DNA of 58,747 nucleotides, counting the filler, from Sphacelaria rigidula (Eukaryota): NCBI GenBank assembly GCA_964200075.2. It is 10 parts of 10 records of this genome, joined end to end, with 100 filler letters (N's around TTAATTAATTAA, not from the genome) between each part and the next. Parts side by side here need not be neighbours in the genome. Positions count along the whole stretch, not along the records: positions 23,543 to 29,327 come from CAXNAA020024482.1; positions 29,428 to 35,212 come from CAXNAA020024483.1; positions 35,313 to 41,096 come from CAXNAA020024484.1; 7 more parts are not named here. One strand, given 5' to 3'. Both the position numbers and the translations under genes were made by a program. Positions 25,073-36,490 of this stretch are shown here, in pieces (the first letter of the stretch is position 1; each line of letters opens with the position of its first letter). The notes beneath the pieces are model-generated. The model was not told where the DNA came from. It searched no databases and saw only the letters and a list, made by a program, of their open reading frames with translations.

Positions 25073-25982
25073 CAATGCTTTACTCAAATTTTGGGTAGGT
25101 TGAGTATGACCTCGAGTACGCTACTGAAATTGTGGGTAGATTGAGCACCACCTTCAATACTTCACTCAGATTTTGAGGAAGTGCTCTCAGTAATACTTGA
25201 GCATAGAGTTTCACTTGGGTAAGGCCTCAATACTCTACCCAAATTTTGCGAAGATTGAGTACGACCTCAAATACTCTACCCAAATTTTGCGAAGATGGAG
25301 TACGACCTCAAATACTCTACCCAAATTTTGGGTAGAGTGAGTACCACCTCAAATGAAGACTTCAGTCAAATTTTGAGTAAGTACTCTCAGTAATACTTGA
25401 GTATAGAGCATCACTTGGGTATGACCTCAATACTCTACTCGAATTTTGAGTAGATTGTCTATGACCTCAAATACTGTACTCAAATATTGGGTAAACACTC
25501 TCAGTAATACTCAGGTATAGAGTATCACTCGGGTATGATAGGTAACCGTGGCCGTCGGCGACTTCGTGACGTAACTTCACAGGCTATGTTGAATATATTT
25601 GCCGACGATGGCCATCAATGAGATGATCGACGTTACGTCACGCGCTACGATAAGTAGGAGGGAATGGGGGCCATAAAAAAAAAACCAAACGTGCCGGCAA
25701 ATGGACGTACCTGCCCCAGCTCACCTGCCCCCACCCATGGCAGTACATACTTCATACCTCGCAACCTCTTCGACATCAGTTTTAGTACAAAACGATACTC
25801 ATCATCATTGGGTAATCGAGTAGATAGGTAGTCGGGTAGGTATTGTCAAAATGACGAACTCTACGGGCCAGGCCGCACATCTGACTCCTCCATGGGCAAC
25901 TCAGCGGTGGAAACAGTGCATGATATTGGGTACGGCCTCGAATACTCTACTCAAATTTCGGGTAGATTGCATACGACCTCAA

Positions 25983-26290
25983 TGTGTGTTGTGCTGTCGT
26001 CACATTTATTCTGGGCACCAGTCTTCACCTTTCGGTATATGTGGGCGCATCGGCCGGGGAGCTTTTTTTTGTTTTTTTTTGTTTTTAACAACCCACCTTC
26101 CTTCTGCCGTGCTTGCCTTTATTTTTTATCGCCAGAGAAGTCCAACAGTCCCCTTCCCTCGTCAACCGTTAAGTCGAACTTTGTGTACCCACGACATAGT
26201 CGCTCTTCACTGTTGAGCATGGTGTGAGGATTCCAGATCAACCATCAGAAGGTTACGAGGTTACCAACTAAGCCACCGGGGCGACCGGCT
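25983..26290 (-). mobile_element. tRNA-derived SINE copy (B-box region deleted)
   Basis: Reverse complement begins AGCCGGTCGCCCCGGTGGCTTAGTTGGTAACCTCG and its body matches 29856-30226. Confidence 0.75.
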
Positions 26291-26727
26291 CAGTACTCTG
26301 CTCAATTTCTGGGTAGATTTAGTATGACCTCAACACTCTACTCAACTTTTGGGCAGATTGTGTACGGCCTCGAATACACTATTCAGATTTTGGGTAGATT
26401 GAATACCACCTCAATACGGATTGAGTACGATCTCAAATACTCTGCTCAAATTTTGGGTCACAAAGTATAACTTTTCAAAAATACCGAGTATTGAGTATAC
26501 TCTATTCGACGTGCCCTTGAAGAGTTCTTCTGTACACGGAGGGTCAATTTTCTGTGGGGACGTGGTATCGCATACTTGGAAAGCCGAAGAACAGTCGGGC
26601 GGTGAAATCACCCTTCTAGAACAGTGTCGTGCCATGGTACCCTAGGGTAATGCAGTACAGTACGCTCCATCACAGACAGTACACAATACAGGCTGGGCCA
26701 GCCCACCAGCGGATTTGTACTTTGCAG

Positions 26728-27152
26728 GCGAATTCGCGATTTTTTTCTTGGAGTTGGAAAGTGAAATTAGGTACGGACAACCAACAGGGCATGAAAAAAA
26801 GCTGTCTGTGAGGTCTCAACGATTTATTTTTTTTGGGAGTTGAGGGCATTTTACGAAAACCTCAAAACTGATTTTTGCCCTTATTATTATTATATATCCG
26901 TCACATTAGCCCGATCTCTCGAACCCGTGGTCACAGAGTGCAAGGAGCATANNNNNNNNNNGCAGAAGAAGGCAAGAAACAAACATCTACACGGAAAAAA
27001 GGGCACCCACACTACGAAAGATACGTATTAGACCGATCTTAACTCACGAAAAGAAAATCGCTGGGACTTCACAGACAGCTTTTCTTCATGCCCTGTTGAT
27101 TGTCCATACTGAATCTCACTTTCCAACACTGAGAAGAAAATTGCGAATTTAC
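26728..27152. repeat. Inverted repeat pair (~100-bp arms) around a small N gap
   Basis: GGACAACCAACAGGGCATGAAAAAAAGCTGTCTGTGA versus TCACAGACAGCTTTTCTTCATGCCCTGTTGATTGTCC. Confidence 0.75.
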
Positions 27153-29439
27153 GTTTGAAAAACCGAGGCAGCGGAAATTCGGAACAGCTTTTGCAGGCCG
27201 TTTATCGGCCCACGTTTGATGTTTGTGGGTTGAAACTTCGTGCGGGACTTTGCTAGGTCGTGATGAACCAAGAAAAATGGGTGAGGTTGGGTTTCATCAC
27301 TTTTTTTCACTGATTGAGGGCGTTTTAGTATGGTAACGATGATTTTTTTACGAGAACGCCCAAACTTTTAATGAAAAATATAGAAATAAATCAAGGCCCA
27401 TTTTGTTTACTCGGCATACCTCTGTCGTTCTCCATGCCAAGTGTCGAATCACAATTCTAAAAATTGAGCTGAAAAATTGAGTTGAGGCGTAAGAGCAATG
27501 TTCATTTCTCCTCCAACCCCCCCTAAAAACACGAAAGAAGATGAGAAAAAAACGAAAAAAAAACCGGAAAAGTTGTGTTCTTTATTCCGTTATGCGCTAG
27601 TGGTTCTCCATACCAAATTTCATATCATAGCTCTCAAAAACTGAGACGCGATATCCAGATTTAGGTCATCCAGTGCCTCTGCTCGTAATATACTGATTTT
27701 AGTATGTAACCTTATTTGCGCCATTTCTCGAGATAGATAACGAATTAGGTGAAAGTGAGGGTATCTATCGTCTCCCCGTGCTACAGTGAAGGTCCATACT
27801 AAAAATCGTCATCATCCGCTTGATCGATCGTTCGGGGTTTCATATAGATTTTATTGTGGACGCTATCTCCGCTAGGTATGGGAATCACTATACATGGGGT
27901 TTACTCGACGAGAAAAAATTGGCTCAGATTTTTGAGCAGATGGACACCTTCCCCTTGATTAGACGACTATTACGATATGCGGATCACGGCCCAACTCGTC
28001 TGTGTCGTTGAGATATCGCTTTAGAGCTTTGATCCGTTTTTAGGCTGGCCCAGCTCGTAGTGTCCGTGCGGTCATACATGACGGTACCGTCAGTACTGCG
28101 AGAACAGTGCAGTACGAATGTGGTGCCGTGCATCACGCTGCAAGTACAACGGCAACAGACAGTAGGATAGTACAGCACTGTTTCATAGTGTTTATCCATA
28201 CGGCAGTGCGCTGCAGTAAATTACTATCGCCGCAGGGCACTGGATCAATCCTCCTTATCCGCCTGTCAAACCCCTTACGTGCCACCTGTGTATCAAAGCT
28301 GTCCTAGCAGCTGGCGCGTGTTGGAGGGGAGGGGGCGGCGATGTATCCCCAAGTGCTGTCGAAAATATTAAATATCCGTACGAAAAACCGATGTCCGTGG
28401 AACACGGTTTCCCACTTTGTGCAAAATTTAACGGAGATTGTACCGGTTCTCGTCAAAAAAACACGCAGGAATAACTATACATTTCACCACTGGGGTGGGT
28501 CAGCTGTTGAGTACGTGAGCATCATCCAATACCCTATAATGGCTGAGAGACCCACATGACCCCATCTTTCTGGCGATCGGAAGGGTTAACACGCATCCTC
28601 TTTGCCGCACGCAGGTGAAGCACTCTGACACCAAGCTGGGGATTCCGGAGCACATGGATCATGACTTATCTGCAAAACAACAGCCGGTATTGAGCTTCAC
28701 GTCTCGTAACGAGTACGAGCCAATCACATGGTCACCCTGGTCCCACCTGGCGGAACCATTTCGTCAGGCGACCCTGACCGCCGACTCGACCGTCGGGGAC
28801 CCGTTGACGGACAGGTTTTCTTGGTTGTTGTCGGACGGCAAAAGCATAATCGTGTTGGAGGGCAGGTGGGTGTTGTGGAGACTCGTGTTCTGCTTTTCGC
28901 GGTATTCGTGACTGTCCAACCTTCTCTTTTATGTTGTGAAAGGGAAGACTAGAGGCAATAAATAGGTGAGCCCGTGTCTGTGGCCACGGGTACGAGGAAT
29001 CGGGTGATTGTCCGAAAATAATAGTAAGGCCGGATGTTACGGCAAACAGATTTTTGGCCCAAACTGGCGGGGGTCGGCAACCACAAATTTTTGCGCACGG
29101 ACTTTTGCTCAGCGGCCAATCTCGAACCCTCGGAGCCAAGGAAATCTGAAAAGCAGACTGGGCTCCTCTCTGTGGGATAATGCAAAGTGTCCGAGACGTG
29201 TTGGCGGTTTTCTTGGTTTGGGGGTCGAAACGTGGGTCAAACGTCCCAAAAGCGAACAATCTGCGGACCGAAACATCCACGGTTAGGACAAATCATCACG
29301 ACTCAAAATCACCAAGATCGGAAAGAGNNNNNNNNNNNNNNNNNNNNNNNNNNNNNNNNNNNNNNNNNNNNTTAATTAATTAANNNNNNNNNNNNNNNNN
29401 NNNNNNNNNNNNNNNNNNNNNNNNNNNCGAGTTGAGCAC

Positions 29440-29850
29440 AGGGATAGATACACGACAGTAGTTGGGTGTGCTTTGTTTGTTTGTTTTTGGCGAAAACTTG
29501 CACATCTTCTCTCATGGTAGGCATCAGCGACGGAACTGCGTGGTACGGTGGGCAACCGAGTTGCGTGCACGCTCATGGACAGTGCAGGCAGTGCAAAGCT
29601 GCACGTTGCTGGAGTTCTCTTCACGTCGCACTGTAAGCAGAGAGAACTGATGGTCCTGGGCTCTCTGCACTGCACGTTGTCCGCTTTTCCTTCATATCCT
29701 CCTGCACGAAACACGCACACAAACACTCAAGACACCCTACTTGGAAGCACTGCAAACAGTACAGACTGTATGTACTGTACACGAGTGACGATGTACCGTT
29801 TCATGAATTTCACTGTCTTTTTTGGATCGAAAGCTCGAAAATCCATCCGG
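29440..29850 (+). repeat. Dispersed repeat; inverted partner at ~33820-34230 in the same scaffold
   Basis: AACCGAGTTGCGTGCACGCTCATGGACA and GTAAGCAGAGAGAACTGATGGTCCT are present here and as reverse complements at 34010-34120. Confidence 0.85.
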
Positions 29851-29855
29851 ACCCT

Positions 29856-30226
29856 AGCCGGTTGCCCCAGTGGCTCAGTTGGTAACCTCGGCACCTTCTG
29901 ACGGTTGGGTCCTGGGTTCAATTCTCCGAGCGATCTGTGATTTTTTCTCACACCATGCCCAACAGTGTAGAGCGACCATGTCATGGGTGCACAAAATTCG
30001 ACTAAACGGTCGACGAGGGAAATGGACTGCTAAACGAACCCCTCGCGCGATAAAAAATAAAGGCAAGCACCGCAGAAGGAAGGAGGGGTACTAAAAACAA
30101 ACGAAAAAGCAAAAGCTGCAGTGTTGACCTTCCTCCTGTGTGACCCCGGTTGGTGCGCCCATATTTACCGAAAGGTAGACTGGCGCCCAGAATAGATGGG
30201 ACATCACACAACCACAATACACACAC
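29856..30226 (+). mobile_element. tRNA-derived SINE, near full length
   Basis: Head has an A-box TGGCTCAGTTGG and a B-box GGTTCAATTC with a CTTCTGA loop between them, then a shared body (CACACCATGCCCAACAGTG.AGAGCGA..GTCGACGAGGGAAA) and a CA-rich tail. Other copies: 35039-35212, 44827-45350, 25983-26290 (-), and a 3' fragment at 17658-17720. Confidence 0.8.
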
Positions 30227-31451
30227 CCAACTGTATCAACACGAGAAATTTTCGCTCAAATCGATTCCACCGCCCCATTTTTTCGATCGAAAAGATATGT
30301 ACTAAGACAGGCCCTAATTCCTATACCTAACGGAGATAGCGTACAGACTAAAATCTATATGAAACCCCCGATCGAGACAATCAGCGAGTGACGACGATTT
30401 TTGGTGTGGAAATTCCCTCGAGCACGGGGAGACGATAGATACCCTCACCTTCACATCATGTTCACCTAATTTGTTATCTATCTCGAAATATGGAGCACAT
30501 AAGTTTCCAGACTAAAATCAATACATGACGAGCAGAGGCACTAGATGAACTAAATCTGGATATCGCGTCTCAGATATTGAGAATTATGCTATGAAATTTC
30601 GTATGGCGATCTGATGGTGCATGATAAAGCTGGAAAAAAAAACATTTTTTTCTGTTGTTCCTTTTCTCCGTTTTCAGGGCAATCAGGAGGAGGAACGAAA
30701 ACTGCTTTTGGGCATTATCTCAATCTTTTAGCTCAATTCTTAGAATTGTGATTTGAAACTCAGCATAGAGAACCAAGAGGCATGCTGAATAAAAACAAAA
30801 ATGGGCCTTCAATTTTTTTTTGGGGGGGGGGGGAGGTTCGGGCGTTCTCGTGAAAAAATTGTCGTTTCCATACTAAAACGCCCTAAACCAATGAAAGAAA
30901 TAAAAAATCAACCTGACCGACTTTGTTTTGTTAACCCTTTTGAAACCGTTGATAAAGGATTGATGAGTTACATTTGACGTTTTTTCGGCGAAGAAATTAT
31001 TGTTTTCATACAGCAAAAGATTCGCCCAAAGCGTGTTTTTCAGACCCGTGCGAATGAAACGTGGAAGAAAAGAAGGTTCTCTATTTTACGGGTATGACGA
31101 ACTGTTCGACCCGTCGGTGTTTCCCAACCCCCGCCAGAGTGCATGGCTGACCTTGCGGGAAGCAACCTCCACGCCGCACCTGCAGTAGATGCTTCGTGCC
31201 GCATCATGGCAAGCCTGCGTCTAGGTTGCAATAACAAAGGCAACACATTTACCTCAGTTATGCCCCCGTCTACTGTCTGCATTCGGAGACAGTCACCGTC
31301 AGTCCCTATGGGGATGTATTCCCCTACTCCTCTGTACGCGTGTGATCATGATATTTTCAGCTCATTTCAAGTGTAAACTCACGTCATGCACGTTACTGAC
31401 TGTACTCCGTCGTCCGCGTTTATACGGCACCACACTGCGCTTTGATCATTC

Positions 31452-32054
31452 CAAGGTTGTGTTCTGTAAGGTACGGTTTTCTATATACCCGGGGTATTTT
31501 TACGGGTATGTACCGTACCCGACAGTTCTGTAATCTCTGTAAGACTCTGATCCTTACCCGATAGTTCTGTAAGTTCTGTACAATACATTTACCCGAACCC
31601 GAAGGGCGAGTATACCCGAAAAGAGTTCCCCGATTGCCGGTACCGGTTTTCTGTAAGCCCCCCATACCGCACCCGACAAGTTCTGTAAAGTCTGTAACAC
31701 TTTCATACCGGTACCCGACAGTTCTGTAAACTCTGTACATGAAATTTACCCGAACCCGAAGGGCGGGTATACCCGAAAAGAGTTACCCGACTGCCGGTAC
31801 CGGTTTTCTGTAAGCCTCCACACGCGTACATGACGCGATCTGTAAGGTTTCTAAGGCTGTGTACCCGTTTCCATCCNNNNNNNNNNCGTACCGTACCCGA
31901 CAAGTTCTGTAAAGTCTGTAAGACTTTCATACCGGTACCCGACAGTTCTGTAAACTCTGTGAGACTTCCAAACCGGTACCCGAAAGTTCTGTAAACTCTG
32001 TACGGAATCTCATACCCTACAGAACGTACCCGTACCTTACAGAACACAAGCGTG
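31452..32054. mobile_element. hAT-like MITE (CAAGG terminus, 8-bp TSD) with internal tandem repeats
   Basis: TIR CAAGGTTGTGTTCTGTAAGGTACGG / CCGTACCTTACAGAACACAAGCGTG; TSD GATCATTC / GATCGTTC (1 mismatch); the interior is repeated GTACCCGACAGTTCTGTAAA.TCTGT units. Confidence 0.85.
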
Positions 32055-33428
32055 GATCGTTCCATAACGGCGACAAGGATGCCATGTACCCCGCCGTTAT
32101 ACATACTCCTGGTGCAGCGTAGGCGGGGACCGTTACTCTGGCATATCCGATACAGGCTGTCACTTCGTAGCCTGTGATCTTACCGCACATCTCATTCTGC
32201 GTTGTGTGCTGCACGTTTCCACGATACCACCTCCATAATGCGGGTTGATCATGCCTGAAAGTTGCGGAGCCCTACTTTGTGCTGCGTGAGGTGTATTACT
32301 CCAGCTTGCGCTATCGCGTTCGGACCGTCTGTCCTCGTGGGCGGCGTTGGGGTTTCATGCAATGATAATACACACCTTCTGTCTTCTTTCATGAAACACC
32401 GTAAAATCGTTGTTCAGTTATACTGGACTGTAGTGAAGTGTGAAGTCTGAAGTGTGTTTACTGACTGTAGTTATAGTTGGGTTAGGCTGGTTGCGAAAGG
32501 CTGTCCCGGTCGGTTGTCGACCGTTCGCCAGTATGTCGCCTGTCTGGACGCTGGCAATCACATCCGCCTGATGTCTTCCACATAATCCTGTGCCTCGCAG
32601 CGTATCCTCTTGCTGCGGTAATTGTGCTGACGTTCGGTAAGCGAGCGGGGGGGGGGGAAGCGGTGTGCGCCGGGGGGCAATGGGCTGCCCCAACCGCTCT
32701 TGCAGCTTTTTCAGCGAAATGCCTGGCAGCGTCCTGGCCGTACTTCTCAGCCACTCTTCCAGCTAAACGTAAAGTACATATGGGTCGCTCTTCAGTGCTT
32801 CCACATGTGGCGACGGGATCTCCACTTGCTCCGCCATATCATTGTCGCCGTATAGTGTGGCTTCCGACGCTCGCCAAGTGTTGTTGATGTTGATGATGAT
32901 GTTGATGATGATGTTGATGATACAGCCCACCAAGACGGTGCACCACTCTAATTCCAAGTACTCTAATGTGACATATTCGTGCACCGAACTCGAATTGAGG
33001 TATTTCACGGATTATCACTGACAAAAATCACATATATGGGAGTTTGTACTGTTTTGCGAGAGCTTCGTCGATGCACACAATTGGACACACTTCGCGCGTC
33101 GCGTGATATCATTGGACCAGCCCAACCCGACCACTCCGGGGTTTCATTTTCGGGACATCCATGACGTATGCGTCTGGTGTCTCTTTTGGTTTTCCATAGC
33201 AAAAATGGTTGCCGTCGACCTTTTCTGTTTCCATCTTTTCCTCTTTGTCACAATTTGAAATAATGAGGCGTCTGGCCCGGGGACGGGAGGGGAGGGTTCC
33301 AAAAGGGCTATACCCTAGCGAGGGCCCACACAAAATTCCATTACACAAAAACCAAACGTGGGCCGATGCGTGGCCTGCGAAATACTGTTCCGAATTTCTA
33401 CCGACCCCGTCACTAAACGGGCCATTAG

Positions 33429-33691
33429 CCGGCCAATATCTAGAGTTGGACCCTAAAATTTGGTACGGACAATGCATAAGGCATAATAAAATAAACTATT
33501 AATACCAGTGCACACGAGTTTGTTTGTTTTTTTCCCTGAGTTGAGGGCAATAATCAGTTTTCAGGTACCAGTACAAGGCCCTGAACTCATGAAAAAACAA
33601 ACAAACCCTTGTGTGCATTGATATTTGTTTTTATCATAACCTATTCATCGTCCATCCTAAATTTTAGGGTCCAACTCTTAATATTGGCCGG
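33429..33691. repeat. Nested palindrome (outer and inner inverted repeats)
   Basis: Outer CCGGCCAATAT.TAGAGTTGGACCCTAAAATTT / AAATTTTAGGGTCCAACTCTTAATATTGGCCGG; inner GTGCACACGAGTTTGTTTGTTTTTT / AAAAAACAAACAAACCCTTGTGTGCAT. Confidence 0.8.
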
Positions 33692-35038
33692 GTGATGGGC
33701 CTGCGAGCTATGAATTCGCTTCTCGGCTGGCCCAGCTCGAACCACTTTTTTTTTTCGATGGAAAAAATTGAGCGGTGGAATCCATTTGAGCAACATTCGC
33801 TCATTTTCTCGAGTTGGATCCAAGCGAATTTTCAAGCTTTTGATCGAAAAACGACGGTAAAATTCGTCGAATGATACACGGTCACTCGTGTACAGTACAG
33901 ACAGTCTGTACAGTCTGCACTGCTTGTAAGCAGTGTCTTGAGTGCGTGTGTGCGTGTTCCGTACAGGAGAATATAAAAGAGAAGCCGGCAACGTGCAGTG
34001 CAGACAGCCGAGGACCATCAGTTCTCTCTGCTTACAATGCAGCGTGAAACGGACTTCATCAAAACGCGCAGCTTCGTACTGCCTGCAGTGTCCATGAGCG
34101 TGCACGCAACTCGGTTCGTACCACGCAGTTCTGTCGCTGATCCCGACCATGAAAGAAGACGCGCAAGTTCCTCGCCAACAAAAATTAAACAAAGTATACT
34201 CAACTACTGCAGTGTATGTATCCGTCGGCTTAACCCATGCTCTATGCTGCAGGGTTGCGGTGCAAGCTGAGGGTGTCTTCGGCAACACTGAAGCACGAGC
34301 CGTCGATGGTGAAGGCTGGCTGCGAGCTTCAGACAAATAAAGCCTGTAACGGTAAATAATGGTTTGAAACCATTACCCATTTTCTTCACATAACCATTAC
34401 CATTATAACCATTGTAACCATTATAATCATATTGGCCGGTTATAACTGGTACCATTTCCGAACTCTGAGAATAAGTTGGATAGAGTTTGCATGGTGTCCC
34501 GTGAACAGGTGTTATCTGGCATGTGACGCGGTGGTCTGTAAAATACGAGTCAAGTGCCGCTTCGTGCCTTTCGTCCACATGTTTTCGATCGAAAATGATT
34601 ATTTTTCGTGTCAAACAGTTTTTCTTCGCGCGCCACTAATTATAATTTTGAGTTAAAGCCTTCTAGGAACATAAAGGCGGTGGACCGATCAGATCGGCAA
34701 AAACAAAACCGACCGCACTTTTTCGATCAAGAAAAGAAGTGCTACCCAGTCTTGCGCGAAAATGAAAAAATATATTTCGGAACAGAAATTGAGCTTTTTT
34801 CATCCCTTCGCGCGCTGCTGCGACGCCCAACCCCAGCTCTAGACGCATGAACTTTGTTGATTGTAGTATACATGAGATGTGAGCGAAGTTTCAGCGCATA
34901 GTAGCGACGACAGCGCGCGCACGACCGTGCCTCCTGATCTGACCATCTCTACAGTCAATATCGGAATGGCTTTTCTACAGATTGTCATCATCCCGAGGCG
35001 GCGCCAGAACTGGTCCATGTTTATTTGCGAGCACTACA

Positions 35039-35212
35039 CGCCCCGGTGGCTCAGTTGGTAACCTCGTAGCCTTCTGATGTTAAGTAGGGGGTTCGATTCC
35101 CGAAGCGATCTGGATTAATTTCTCACACCATGCCCAACAGTGGAGAGCGACTATGTCGTGGGAACACAAAATTCGGCCTCACGGTCGACGAGGGAAACGG
35201 ACTGCTGAACCC
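35039..35212 (+). mobile_element. tRNA-derived SINE, 5' part (cut by scaffold end)
   Basis: CGCCCCGGTGGCTCAGTTGGTAACCTCG...GGGTTCGATTCCC, i.e. good A and B boxes, followed by the shared body. Confidence 0.8.
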
Positions 35213-35312
35213 NNNNNNNNNNNNNNNNNNNNNNNNNNNNNNNNNNNNNNNNNNNNTTAATTAATTAANNNNNNNNNNNNNNNNNNNNNNNNNNNNNNNN
35301 NNNNNNNNNNNN

Positions 35313-35520
35313 TGTATGTATGTATGTATGTATGTATGTATGTATGTATGTATGTATGTATGTATGTATGTATGTATGTATGTATGTTCGTATGTTCGTA
35401 TGTTCGTATGTTCGTATGTTCGTATGTTCGTATGTTCGTATGTGTGTATGTGTGTATGTGTGCATGTATGTATGCACGTATGCACGTGTGCACACATCTA
35501 CGTGTGTGCGTATGTGTGTG
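35313..35520. repeat. Compound microsatellite (TATG)n, then (TATGTTCG)n, then degenerate (TG)-rich
   Basis: Seen directly. Confidence 0.95.
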
Positions 35521-36019
35521 TATTGTGTAGGAGTATATACTATGCAAGCATACTTGTGAGTGGAATGTCGATGTTGGCGGACTTGCCCACTCGTTGTTGT
35601 TGTAACAGAAAAGAAGCAGGGGCAAACAGGAACTTTCTACGCACGCACATGCAGTATTTTCCATTTCCTCTGTTGATTTATCTCTCATGTCCAGAAGTTT
35701 ACCCAGTAGTATCAAACGGCTGACGTAGACGGGGTATCATCATTGTTTTTGATTCACTGTCAACACTTCAAAGCGTCACTAATTGGTTCGATGAACACCC
35801 TCCCACCGCCCCTCCTCACAGGATAAGGGTGGGTACCTTCGTAGTGGAACCAATCAGGATCATGGTCCAAATCACAATCTCCGGGGGTTGATCAAGTCAT
35901 GCTCTATTCATGATGAAAATTGTGGGTAAGCCGGTATGCCCTACCCCCCGCCCACTCTTTTCATCCCCCAAATTGAATCGGCTGATGGTGCCGTGAATAT
36001 TTTACGTGTGATGATTCAG

Positions 36020-36151
36020 ATCGAGCCGGACGCGATCGCCATTACAGCCTGCATGGATGCTCTCAACAAGAGCGGGCAATGGTCGGATGTATTGAGCCTG
36101 CTCGACGAAATGCGAACAAAGAACATCACCCCCAACGACTGGACTTACAAG
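36020..36151 (+). CDS. Single internal exon encoding a pentatricopeptide (PPR) repeat
   Basis: TTCAG|ATC...AAG|GTGAG, 132 nt, phase 0/0. IEPDAIAITACMDALNKSGQWSDVLSLLDEMRTKNITPNDWTYK fits the PPR consensus (PD...(Y)...I.AC...G.W..A..LL.EM...GI.P...TY). Confidence 0.85.
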
Positions 36152-36177
36152 GTGAGGGGGATCGGTTGCTGGGACGG

Positions 36178-36490
36178 GGGGAGTGTACTCATGATCTTGC
36201 ATACCGTAGTCATACGATCATTGACCTCGCATCCCTACAAAGCCGGGACGGAGCACGCAGGGTTTTCGATTAAACAGGTTCGCAATCAATCACCAAGCGC
36301 GAAGCGCCGTGATGTGTTCGGCGAGTCGCGTGAAGGGTGAGCTGCATCCTGCCAAGATTGTTCGCACCGAAGCGTACTGAATATCTTGCAAATGAATGAC
36401 AGCCTTCAAAATGAGTTGCTTTATTTTCTGGTATCGCCACTTCCAGAGACAGCCACGGCTTATACACTGCCTCATGAATGTCTCACCATT
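36178..36490 (+). repeat. Intact copy of the ~310-bp dispersed repeat (intronic)
   Basis: Contains, contiguously, the two halves found separately at 706-890 (-) and 1506-1630 (+). Confidence 0.85.

Larger units (their letters stand above)
24647..26519 (-). mobile_element. Older, reverse-oriented copy of the hAT-like satellite-bearing MITE, carrying nested insertions
   Basis: Ends are CAAGGGCAGGTCGAGTAGAG and CTCTATTCGACGTGCCCTTG. Internal TACTCTACCCAAATTTTG repeats are present, and the unique core 25530-25740 is the reverse complement of 39640-39845. The flanks (AACAGGCC/AAGAGTTC) do not form a TSD. Confidence 0.8.

Noticed and set aside
32482..32762. Possible minus-strand exon (AEKYGQDAARHFAEKAARAVG...)
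   Set aside because: It looks protein-like but could not be assigned or linked to other exons.
35039..35110. tRNA gene (also 29863-29930)
   Set aside because: A and B boxes are present, but I could not form a proper acceptor stem and the head continues into a shared multicopy body, so it is a SINE head.
35257..35723. ORFs with HTYI/MYVC repeats
   Set aside because: They are translations of the (TATG)n microsatellite.
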